64,000 bases of DNA, taken from assembly GCA_948442255.1 (NCBI GenBank), contig CAOJRT010000005.1:533-64532 (forward strand), written 5' to 3'. The notes beneath the pieces were generated by a model. That model was not told where the DNA came from and did not search any database. It saw only the letters and a list, made by a program, of their open reading frames with translations. Every line of letters starts with the position of its first letter. The stretch's first letter is position 1. Position numbers and translations under genes: made by a program. Source of the stretch: an uncultured Bacillales bacterium (GTDB taxonomy: Bacteria; Bacillota_I; Bacilli_A; RF39; UBA660). Shown here in pieces: positions 37,997 through 46,276 of this stretch.

Positions 37997-38887
37997 CTAT
38001 TGATCATTAATGACACCATTAATTAAATTCAAATCAGAAGGTATAACATAAGGAACATTCGCTTTTTTAAACAAAGTAAGAGGAATAATCGCTCCAGCTC
38101 TTGCGCCATCCATCCATTTTTGGTTTTGTGGCATAAGCGCATAAAGCTCATCAAGAGTCATTTCATAAAAAACTTTTTCTGTCCCTTTAATATAATCTTC
38201 TAAAGAAACCATGTAATGGTGAATAGAATCATGAAACAAAGTATTTTCTACTAGATGAAACCCTGTTAAAAGCTCAAAACGTTCTTCTCCTCCAGTAAAT
38301 ATCGCACAATCATAATCAGTATCTAGAGTAAGAGAAGCTAATTTTTCACTAACAAAAGCATCCATTTCTTCAATAGCATTTCCACTAAAGGGCTCATTTA
38401 CTTTATCAAATTGATTTAACATATCGGCCACCCCAATAGTCAAATTATCAGTTCTTGTAATTTTGTTATTACAAAAGGTAACTAACTCTGTTGTTTTCCC
38501 TCCCATTTTAATAATCAATACTTTTTTATTATCGTAATCATTTTCCATTGCTTTTGCCAAATAATAGTTTTCTATATCATGACTAATGATTTGAAAATGT
38601 AAATCAAAACGGTCATTAAATTCTTTAATTAATTCTGTTTTTCTTGTATCAACTAAATTCCTAAAAATTCCTGTAACATAAATATGCGTATTATAATAAA
38701 GCAATTGGTATTTTTCTTTTAATTCTTTAAAATAAGTAAATAAAGCTTCTTTATTTTCTTCGCTAATTCCTTTTTCTGCATCAAAACCATTTTTAAAATA
38801 AATAGAATGTTCCTCTAATAACGTTAATGCATCTTCATAACGATAAACTTTAATAGTAGAAGAACCCAAATCAATGTAATACTCCAT
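37997..38887 (-). CDS. Ppx/GppA-like ASKHA-fold phosphatase/ATPase family protein
   Basis: IDLGSSTIKVY (phosphate-1), VTGIFRNL, ISHDIENYYLAKA and IKMGGKTTEL (phosphate-2) follow the Ppx-GppA pattern. Confidence 0.55.
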   Translation of the reverse strand: MEYYIDLGSSTIKVYRYEDALTLLEEHSIYFKNGFDAEKGISEENKEALFTYFKELKEKYQLLYYNTHIYVTGIFRNLVDTRKTELIKEFNDRFDLHFQIISHDIENYYLAKAMENDYDNKKVLIIKMGGKTTELVTFCNNKITRTDNLTIGVADMLNQFDKVNEPFSGNAIEEMDAFVSEKLASLTLDTDYDCAIFTGGEERFELLTGFHLVENTLFHDSIHHYMVSLEDYIKGTEKVFYEMTLDELYALMPQNQKWMDGARAGAIIPLTLFKKANVPYVIPSDLNLINGVINDQ

Positions 38888-38945
38888 ATATAAACCTACC
38901 TTTTTTTATTATATCTTAATTAATAAAAAAAAGAAAAGAATTATA

Positions 38946-39404
38946 TTAGAGACTCTTTCTATAAATCCCGAATTGTTTAGAAACTGGTTGGTAGCCCAAA
39001 GAAGTATAAATTTTTATACTTTTTTCATCTATAGGAGTAAGTGAAGATACAGAGAAAACTTGTTCAAAATAGGCTTCAAAGCTTTCTTTATCATCTAAGA
39101 TAAATTGTAATAATATCCTTCCTAAATGCAAATGCTTATTTTGTTTACTTTTTCTTACAAAAAGTTGTTCTATATAAAAAGAGTCATGCGAATTACTCAC
39201 GTAGGCAACAGCATCTAGTGTGTCATCAACAAAAAGTCCAACAGCAACAAAGCTTTTAGTTCCTTGCCTAGCCATCATTGGAAACATTTTTTTAGCATAC
39301 TCTTCACAAAAAGAAGGTTCGAATCCAAAAGCTTCCATACGCATTCGTTCATACGCAATCATATGTCTCGTATCCATTAATAAAGGTTTATAAACTAAGT
39401 TCAT
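38946..39404 (-). CDS. GNAT-family N-acetyltransferase
   Basis: IEQLFVRKSKQNKHLHLGRILLQFIL resembles GNAT motif A. An ATG at 39404 follows AAAGGAGC. Confidence 0.55.
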   Translation of the reverse strand: MNLVYKPLLMDTRHMIAYERMRMEAFGFEPSFCEEYAKKMFPMMARQGTKSFVAVGLFVDDTLDAVAYVSNSHDSFYIEQLFVRKSKQNKHLHLGRILLQFILDDKESFEAYFEQVFSVSSLTPIDEKSIKIYTSLGYQPVSKQFGIYRKSL

Positions 39405-39462
39405 AAAAATGCTCCTTTGTACTAAAGAGTCTAACAAAATATAGAATACCTGTCAAAATAAT

Positions 39463-40677
39463 CTATTTTAAATATTTGATTGTAAAGGTTGTTCCTTTTC
39501 CTAAAGTAGGCTTCACCATAATATGACCATTTTCCTTTTCAATAATTGATTTTGCTAAAGAAAGACCTATTCCAACACTTTCTAAGGAAGAATTAGTTCC
39601 CTTATAAAAACGATCGAATATATGAGAACACTCTTTTGTGGTCATACCACTCCCATAATCAGTAATAACAATCTTCGTAAAGACTTCATTCGTCTCATAA
39701 GTTATCAAAATATTAGAATGAAAAAGAGAATATTCTAAACAATTTTTAACAATATTAGTCAGTGCTTCTACTTGCCATTTATAATCACAAAAAAGTGTAT
39801 AAGATGGCTCTCCCTTAATATGTATTTCAATATCTTTTAAATCACACAATATAGATAAATTGTCTTTTACTTCATAAAGGATATCTTCTATTTTATAATA
39901 CTTGTCATGAAAAGGAACTGCATTTGCATCAAGTTTAGATAATTTTAACAAAGAATGAACTAAAAAATTAATATGGCTTATCTTACGATGAATATCCATT
40001 AAAAGCTTTTCTCTTTCATCTTTTGTCATCTCCTCTCCCCCTCGCAATCGTTCTATCATAAGGTTTATTGAAGTAAGAGGAGTTTTTAATTGATGCGAAA
40101 TATCGGACAAAGAATCTTTTAAAGTTTCTTTTTCTTTCTTTAAAAGAAGCGCTTGTTCATTTAAAGTAATTGTTGTTTTATAAATTTCATTTTTTAGAAT
40201 CGACAAATCATCTTCACTATTAGATAAAATATCTAAAGCATAATTTCCTCTATTTATTTCTTTTATATAGTGGGTAATTTCTTTTATCTTTTTATTTTCT
40301 CTTCTTCTAGAAAGAAAAAGAAGGAAAAAAAGACAAATAAAGTAAAGAAAGAATAGAAGAAAAAAGGCTAGAAGCATATTTCGTAATATTTTTTTATGAG
40401 ATAAACTCATGCTATCCTTTTGAATATCAATACCATAAGGGAATAAAAAAGAAGAACTTTCTTTTAAATCTTTTGTATTAATTATTTCTATTATCTCTTC
40501 TTCCTCTAAATAAGGATATTGTTCTTGAATAACAGAGAAAATTTTACTAAGTAATAAATTATTGTTATATTGATATTTCTTTATAAAAGAAAAATGAATA
40601 AGGACAAAAAGAAGAATATAAAAGAAAGAAAAAAGAAAAAAAGATACAAATAGAACTTTAGTTGTTTTATTTTTCAT
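39463..40677 (-). CDS. Sensor histidine kinase (two TM helices, ~75-aa external loop, HisKA-HATPase)
   Basis: H-box SDISHQLKTPLT, N-box NIVKNCLEY and G-boxes DYGSGM and GIGLSLA. 11-nt overlap with the response regulator. Confidence 0.88.
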   Translation of the reverse strand: MKNKTTKVLFVSFFLFSFFYILLFVLIHFSFIKKYQYNNNLLLSKIFSVIQEQYPYLEEEEIIEIINTKDLKESSSFLFPYGIDIQKDSMSLSHKKILRNMLLAFFLLFFLYFICLFFLLFLSRRRENKKIKEITHYIKEINRGNYALDILSNSEDDLSILKNEIYKTTITLNEQALLLKKEKETLKDSLSDISHQLKTPLTSINLMIERLRGGEEMTKDEREKLLMDIHRKISHINFLVHSLLKLSKLDANAVPFHDKYYKIEDILYEVKDNLSILCDLKDIEIHIKGEPSYTLFCDYKWQVEALTNIVKNCLEYSLFHSNILITYETNEVFTKIVITDYGSGMTTKECSHIFDRFYKGTNSSLESVGIGLSLAKSIIEKENGHIMVKPTLGKGTTFTIKYLK

Positions 40678-41326
40678 CTGCGTCCACCCTGTACCCTATT
40701 CCTTTTATCGTTATAACGATATCGCTCCCTAATTTTTCTCGAATGCGTTTTAAATAGACAGTAACAGTATTATCGTTTACGTCATTGCCTGTCCATTCCC
40801 AAATATGTTCTAGAATAGAATCTCTTGTCACTACTTTATTTATATGGTTTATTAATAAAAATAAGATTTTCAACTCTAAACTTGTAAGAGCAATCTTTTC
40901 TCCCTTTTTACACACTTCCATTTTATCTAAGTCTACTTGGATATCTTTTATCTTTATCACATTACTTTTTTGCTGACGAGCTATAATTTTTTGAATACGC
41001 ACAATAAGTTCTCGCGAAGAAAAAGGTTTCGTAATATAATCTTCTGCACCTAATAATAATCCTTTTACAATGCTTTCTTCTTCCTCTTTTGCTGTTAAAA
41101 ATATAGTTGGTTTCTTAAGCGGACAAATAAAATGAGAAAAAAGAGAAAAGCCATCACCATCTGGCAAAGATATATCCAAAATAAAAAAGTCATATAAAGT
41201 ACTAGAAATTTTTTCTATAGCTTCTTGTTCTGTCAAAGCTAGATCAACAAAATAATGCTCTTCTTCTAATAAAAATTTTAAATTCGTAGCAATAGCAAAA
41301 TCATCTTCTACTAAAAGTAAATGCAT
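40667..41326 (-). CDS. OmpR/PhoB-type response regulator
   Basis: MHLLLVEDD, ILDISLPDGDG, and a winged-helix C-terminus (LTSLELKILFLL..VTVYLKRIREKL..TIKGIGYR). Confidence 0.9.
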   Translation of the reverse strand: MHLLLVEDDFAIATNLKFLLEEEHYFVDLALTEQEAIEKISSTLYDFFILDISLPDGDGFSLFSHFICPLKKPTIFLTAKEEEESIVKGLLLGAEDYITKPFSSRELIVRIQKIIARQQKSNVIKIKDIQVDLDKMEVCKKGEKIALTSLELKILFLLINHINKVVTRDSILEHIWEWTGNDVNDNTVTVYLKRIREKLGSDIVITIKGIGYRVDADEK

Positions 41327-41379
41327 AAGTTTCACCTCTCTTTCATTATAACACAAAAAGAAGGTTTCCCTTCTTTTAC

Positions 41380-44079
41380 CTAAATATTCTCCTTACGAAT
41401 TGTCTCAATTGTATTCTGCTTATTAATTTTTCCTAAAGAATACTTCATAATACAGCCAACTAAGAAGAACACAGCTACAATAGATAAGATAATAGGCATA
41501 TATGGTAATTCATACTTTATAGAGGAATCTCCATCTGTTAGAAAGTGGTATATTAAGTAAGATAAAAGACCTCCAATAGGAATTCCTATAAGTAAAGATT
41601 TCATTCCATAAAAGATACTTTCTAAACGTATCATTCGATTAAATTCCTTTTTTGTCATTCCGATGCTTTTTAAGGTAGCAAACTCACGACTTCTAAGTTC
41701 CATATTCGTCGTAATTGTATTAAAGATATTCGTAATACCAATTAAAGCAATAACCGTAATAAACCCATATAAGAAGATAGCTACTAAAGTATAGAAAGAA
41801 CGCATCATTTTAACAGACTCTTCTGTATTCGTCAAAGTATAATCTTCTTCATTTAAATGTTCTTCAATTTGATCTTGCAGTTTTGTCGCCTCACTCGAAT
41901 CAATTGCAATCATTTCATAAATCGTATTGACTTTCTCTTGAAAAAGAGTAGCAAAATAAGAATCACTTACAATTAAAACTCCATCTTCCCCATATGTAGA
42001 GCTAAGTCCAAAAGGTTTTTTTTCTGTAACTAGTGCTAAAGGAATATGTACACTTTCCATTATTAATTCATTATTTTCATCAAATCTATCTGTATATAGA
42101 TTCCACTCTAAAGTATCACCTTTCTTATAATCATAAAGAGGAATTGTTACTTTTTCAAAAGTATTGCTATTCTTTCCTTGACGATAAACTGTTGTATAAT
42201 TGATTAAGATTCCTTTTTCTTTAGCATCATCATAAGAAAGCCCTAGACTTTTTATATAATTTTGATATGCATGATCTCCTACACGATAAACACGAATTGT
42301 ATTTTCATTATATATTTCTATTGGATTTCCCTCTTTATCTACGCTAGCAATTGGCTCTTTAATATTAGGATATACGTCCATATATTCTTTAGAAAAGGAA
42401 ACGTATCTATTTTCAAGAAAAATACTATGATTAGATAAGACAGAATAATCACGAATCGAATCAAATTGTAGCACTTCCAGTGCTTTATTTTGAATAGTGC
42501 TAGAGGAGTCTAAGTGATAAGATAAAGAGATATTATAATCTGCTGTATCAAACTCGTTTTGAACTGAACGGAAGGCAAGTTGAATAAAGGAAGAAAGTGC
42601 AATAAAGATTGATACACATACAATAATAGAAATAACAGTAGCTCGATATTTTTTCTTATTACGTTTTAAATTTTTATAAGAAATATCTCCTCCAACTCCG
42701 AAAAGTTTTTTAATATACTTAGGAGATTTTACTTTTTTAGGGTTTATTTTGATTTCTTCACTGTTGCGAATAGCTATAATTGGTGTGATTTTAGAAGCTT
42801 TGTGAGCACTCCCCCAAGCTGACAAATAAAGAGTAACAAGTCCTAAAAGTACAGCAAACAAAATAGATAACCAAGAAAAACTATATATCAAATCAAATCC
42901 AATTGTCTCCCCAATAAGCGCATTACTAATCAAAATCAAAACATAAGAAGCAAATAAACCACATAGGATGCCTAAAGGAATACCAAATAGTCCTAACAAA
43001 AAGGCTTCATAAAAAACATTTCTCTTAATCTGTTTACTTGTCGCACCGACAGTACTTAACATACCATATTGCTTTGTCTTTTCTGTTATCGAAATATTAA
43101 AACTATTTTTAATACAGAAAACAGAAGTAAAAATAATAATGAGAACGACGATTAAAACAACAATTCCTAAAGATTGAGTAGTAGAATCATTAAAAAACCC
43201 TTTTTCTAATATAATAAGATAACTATTTGTATCAAAATTATATTTTGCTTTATCCACTTTTTCTAAAAAATATTTTGTCTTTTCTGGATTATATTCTTCA
43301 GTATTTCCATAAATATAACGAAAAGCTTCGCGGTCTACACCCAATATATCTGCTGTTACCTCATACTCATTTTTTAAAGCTTCTTTATTATATTTCGCAT
43401 AAATAGAATAAGGCCCTTTTGCGATATCCCCTCGCAATAAAGTAACCAATGTATATCCTGGTGCACTATAATCCTCCACTGTACTAGAAGGGCGCTCCAT
43501 AATGCCTACTATTTTAAGTGACATTTTCTTGGTATCCAAAATCTCTTCCTCATCTTTTTGATAAGGATTGTGTTGATTTAGTTCTTCTCCTTCGCTTACT
43601 CTCCTTCCTATCTCTAATTCTAATGTGTCGCCAATAGAGTAACTGACTCTTCCATTTGTTTTTAAATGGGTTGGAATTAAAATTTCATTATCATTTTCAG
43701 GCAAACGCCCTTCTACTAATTTAATCCCTAGATCTTCTAACGCAGAAGAGTCAAACCCTTTCAAAAAAAGATAAGGTTTAAATTCATTTTTACTTTCATT
43801 AAGAAGCGCATACCCAAAATCTTTTGTATAATAGATTTTTTCAAAATTTCGATTCTCTTTAAAATATTTCAAATCTTCTATTGGGACATCAAAGAAAACA
43901 TAGTGAAAATCCCCTTTCTGTCTTGTCTCAAAAGCCACAAGAGAATCTCTAGCACTAAAAAACATGGCAGCAACCGCAGTAATTAAAGCAACTGAAAGAA
44001 TAATCCCAATTACTGTTACAATAGTTCTTTTTTTGTTTAATTTTAAACTTTTCATTGTTAATTTGCTAAGTAAGTGCAT
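41380..44079 (-). CDS. FtsX-family ABC permease with a duplicated architecture (two large extracytoplasmic domains)
   Basis: The layout is TM, ~290-aa loop, 3 TM, TM, ~270-aa loop, 3 TM. An ATG at 44079 lies 1 nt after the ATPase stop and follows GGGAGG. Confidence 0.85.
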   Translation of the reverse strand: MHLLSKLTMKSLKLNKKRTIVTVIGIILSVALITAVAAMFFSARDSLVAFETRQKGDFHYVFFDVPIEDLKYFKENRNFEKIYYTKDFGYALLNESKNEFKPYLFLKGFDSSALEDLGIKLVEGRLPENDNEILIPTHLKTNGRVSYSIGDTLELEIGRRVSEGEELNQHNPYQKDEEEILDTKKMSLKIVGIMERPSSTVEDYSAPGYTLVTLLRGDIAKGPYSIYAKYNKEALKNEYEVTADILGVDREAFRYIYGNTEEYNPEKTKYFLEKVDKAKYNFDTNSYLIILEKGFFNDSTTQSLGIVVLIVVLIIIFTSVFCIKNSFNISITEKTKQYGMLSTVGATSKQIKRNVFYEAFLLGLFGIPLGILCGLFASYVLILISNALIGETIGFDLIYSFSWLSILFAVLLGLVTLYLSAWGSAHKASKITPIIAIRNSEEIKINPKKVKSPKYIKKLFGVGGDISYKNLKRNKKKYRATVISIIVCVSIFIALSSFIQLAFRSVQNEFDTADYNISLSYHLDSSSTIQNKALEVLQFDSIRDYSVLSNHSIFLENRYVSFSKEYMDVYPNIKEPIASVDKEGNPIEIYNENTIRVYRVGDHAYQNYIKSLGLSYDDAKEKGILINYTTVYRQGKNSNTFEKVTIPLYDYKKGDTLEWNLYTDRFDENNELIMESVHIPLALVTEKKPFGLSSTYGEDGVLIVSDSYFATLFQEKVNTIYEMIAIDSSEATKLQDQIEEHLNEEDYTLTNTEESVKMMRSFYTLVAIFLYGFITVIALIGITNIFNTITTNMELRSREFATLKSIGMTKKEFNRMIRLESIFYGMKSLLIGIPIGGLLSYLIYHFLTDGDSSIKYELPYMPIILSIVAVFFLVGCIMKYSLGKINKQNTIETIRKENI

Positions 44080-44080
44080 T

Positions 44081-44752
44081 TTAATCCTCCCTAACAATAT
44101 GGCCATCTTCTATTTTTATAATACGATCGGCAACACTGGCAATTTCTAAATTATGTGTAATCATAATAATTGTTTGCTTGTATTTTTTATTAGATAGTTT
44201 AAGTAACTCAACAATCTCCTCACTTGCTTTTGAATCCAAGTTTCCTGTTGGTTCATCAGCAAGAATCAAAGCTGGGTGAGTAATCATCGCGCGTCCAATC
44301 GATGTTCTTTGTTGCTGCCCTCCTGATAATTCATTAGGAAGATGCCCCTTTCTTTCTTTTAAACCTAACGTTTGCAAAAGCTCGTCTAACTCTTTTTTGT
44401 CAACTTTTCGGCCATCTAATTCTAGAGGAAGAGTTATGTTTTCTTCCACATTTAAGATAGGAATCAAATTGTAAAATTGATAAATAAGTCCTATTTGACG
44501 TCTTCTAAAGATAGCTAAAGTATCATTATCCATTTGGTAAATATCTTTTCCGTCGATAAATATTTTCCCCGAAGTAGGTCGATCGACACCTCCAATCAAA
44601 TGAAGTAAGGTAGACTTCCCACTACCAGAAGCTCCAACAATAGCAACAAATTCTCCTTGTTCTACGGAAAAAGAGACATGATCAAGAGCTTTTACTTCTG
44701 TTGTTCCTTTCCCATATACTTTTGTTAAATCATCTACACGTAAAATTTCCAT
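44081..44752 (-). CDS. ABC transporter ATP-binding protein (MacB/BceA-like)
   Basis: Walker A GASGSGKST, signature LSGGQQQR and Walker B ILADEPTGNLD. Confidence 0.93.
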   Translation of the reverse strand: MEILRVDDLTKVYGKGTTEVKALDHVSFSVEQGEFVAIVGASGSGKSTLLHLIGGVDRPTSGKIFIDGKDIYQMDNDTLAIFRRRQIGLIYQFYNLIPILNVEENITLPLELDGRKVDKKELDELLQTLGLKERKGHLPNELSGGQQQRTSIGRAMITHPALILADEPTGNLDSKASEEIVELLKLSNKKYKQTIIMITHNLEIASVADRIIKIEDGHIVRED

Positions 44753-44887
44753 AAATCTTTTCCTTTCTTACTTCTCCATTATATTATTTAAAAATGACTA
44801 GTAAGTGACTTTTTATTATTCCGTCAAAAATAGAAGAAATTTTGCATACAAAATCTACTATTTAAAGATAATTGTATCATATATACA

Positions 44888-45508
44888 CTACTCTTTAACG
44901 AGCCCTGCTGCTAAAATCAAATATTTTTCTTTGTAACGTTTAAACTTTTTATGATAAGAACAAGTCTGCAAAAGTAATAAAGAATCCTCCTTTTTGGGAA
45001 GGTATAATGTGCTATACCAAGACGCTTCTTTTAAATGATTCACATAAGCAAGAAACTCTTCCTCTGTCTTAGGAATTTGCATATAAAAGAAATCTTGATA
45101 AGCAACAAAAACTGAAAATATCTTATAAGTATAAACAGCATTTCCCTCTTCTAATAAGATAGTGTCATGTCTTTGCAAATAGGCTTCTTGATAATACTCT
45201 TCTAAAAGATGAAAAGGTATATCATAAGTAGCAGAATTATGTCCATAGATAATAGTAACTTTATCTTCCACTTTGGTTCGATAATCTAAGAAAATCGCCC
45301 CTAATTTACTTTCTTGACCTTCTTTATCATGCGACAAATAGTAGGTATTATCATTTCCTTGTACTACTTCTTCAAATAAAGAAGTATTTGGTATAGAAAG
45401 ATACACTTTTCCTACCTCTTTTTCATGTAAAGAGGAGCTGGAGTAAGGTCGATACCATAATGAAAGAAGACATAGAAAAATCCATAAATATTTAAGAATT
45501 GTTTTCAT
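44888..45508 (-). CDS. srtB: Class B sortase
   Basis: N-terminal anchor, IIYGHNS histidine motif, LLLLQTCSY catalytic Cys motif; ~200 aa. Confidence 0.8.
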   Translation of the reverse strand: MKTILKYLWIFLCLLSLWYRPYSSSSLHEKEVGKVYLSIPNTSLFEEVVQGNDNTYYLSHDKEGQESKLGAIFLDYRTKVEDKVTIIYGHNSATYDIPFHLLEEYYQEAYLQRHDTILLEEGNAVYTYKIFSVFVAYQDFFYMQIPKTEEEFLAYVNHLKEASWYSTLYLPKKEDSLLLLQTCSYHKKFKRYKEKYLILAAGLVKE

Positions 45509-45672
45509 ACATACACCTAATAAATAGATTAAAAAATGAAATTAAAAATGTCAAAGCAAATTTTAAGCCTCAAAAAAGAGGTAAAAAGAAGAACAAAAAA
45601 AGAAGAGATTTTTTCCTTTTACTCTTCTCTTTTACCATATAAAAGTTTTTTAACTTAAAGAAAATCGCAAAT

Positions 45673-46176
45673 TTAAGAAATAGAAGAAAACGTAATTTGA
45701 AAAGAGACCTTCGTTTCAAGAGCTTCATATATTTTCTTTTCTTGCTTAGGATAAGAAATTCGTATCCGAATACTTTTCGTTTCTCCACTCTTTATTAAAT
45801 CCCCTTGTTTTAATTCTTGATGATCTAAGTAGAAAAGTTCTGTTTTTAACACTTTATCTTCATTTTCTATATCTGTATGAATAGCAGTAATTAAAGCATC
45901 CATAGATCCATTATTACACATATCGACCTGAAACTCATAGAATTCTTCTTCTTTTTCAAAAACCACTTCCATAGCCAAAGAATTATCTTGAAGAAAAACC
46001 TTTCCTTCTTTACTTCCTTCTGTAAACTGAAGATTTAAATAAGAAATATTCCACATATATGAAGTATCTACTTCTTCTTTTTCAATATGATAAATAAGCT
46101 TTATCCCAACGAAAAAGAAGAAAAAGAAAAGAAAAAGAATTCCTATTTTTAAAATATGATGTAATACTTTTTTCAT
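45673..46176 (-). CDS. Membrane-anchored hypothetical protein (beta-rich ectodomain)
   Basis: N-terminal TM helix (IGILFLFFFFFFVGIKLI), no sorting signal. Followed by the hairpins AGAAGAG..CTCTTCT+T7 and CCTC-T6-GAGG. Confidence 0.55.
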   Translation of the reverse strand: MKKVLHHILKIGILFLFFFFFFVGIKLIYHIEKEEVDTSYMWNISYLNLQFTEGSKEGKVFLQDNSLAMEVVFEKEEEFYEFQVDMCNNGSMDALITAIHTDIENEDKVLKTELFYLDHQELKQGDLIKSGETKSIRIRISYPKQEKKIYEALETKVSFQITFSSIS

Positions 46177-46276
46177 ACTCACTTGTCCTTTGTCCTACTA
46201 TTATACAGAAATATCTTTATCTAGCAAGTGGTATTTATAGGAAAGAAAAAAGAGTTTAAACTCTTTTGAAATCTTC

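Noticed and set aside
44839-44854. Near-palindrome ATTTTGCATACAAAAT between the sortase gene and the Bce-like ABC operon, considered as a response-regulator box
   Set aside because: It has only 6-bp AT-rich arms with a non-symmetric centre. It could equally be a weak sortase terminator, and there is no second copy or consensus to compare with.
45570-45788. 72-aa minus-strand ORF spanning the 169-aa gene end and the intergenic hairpins
   Set aside because: It has a Lys/Phe/Leu low-complexity translation. It overlaps a better-supported CDS in another frame and two terminator hairpins.
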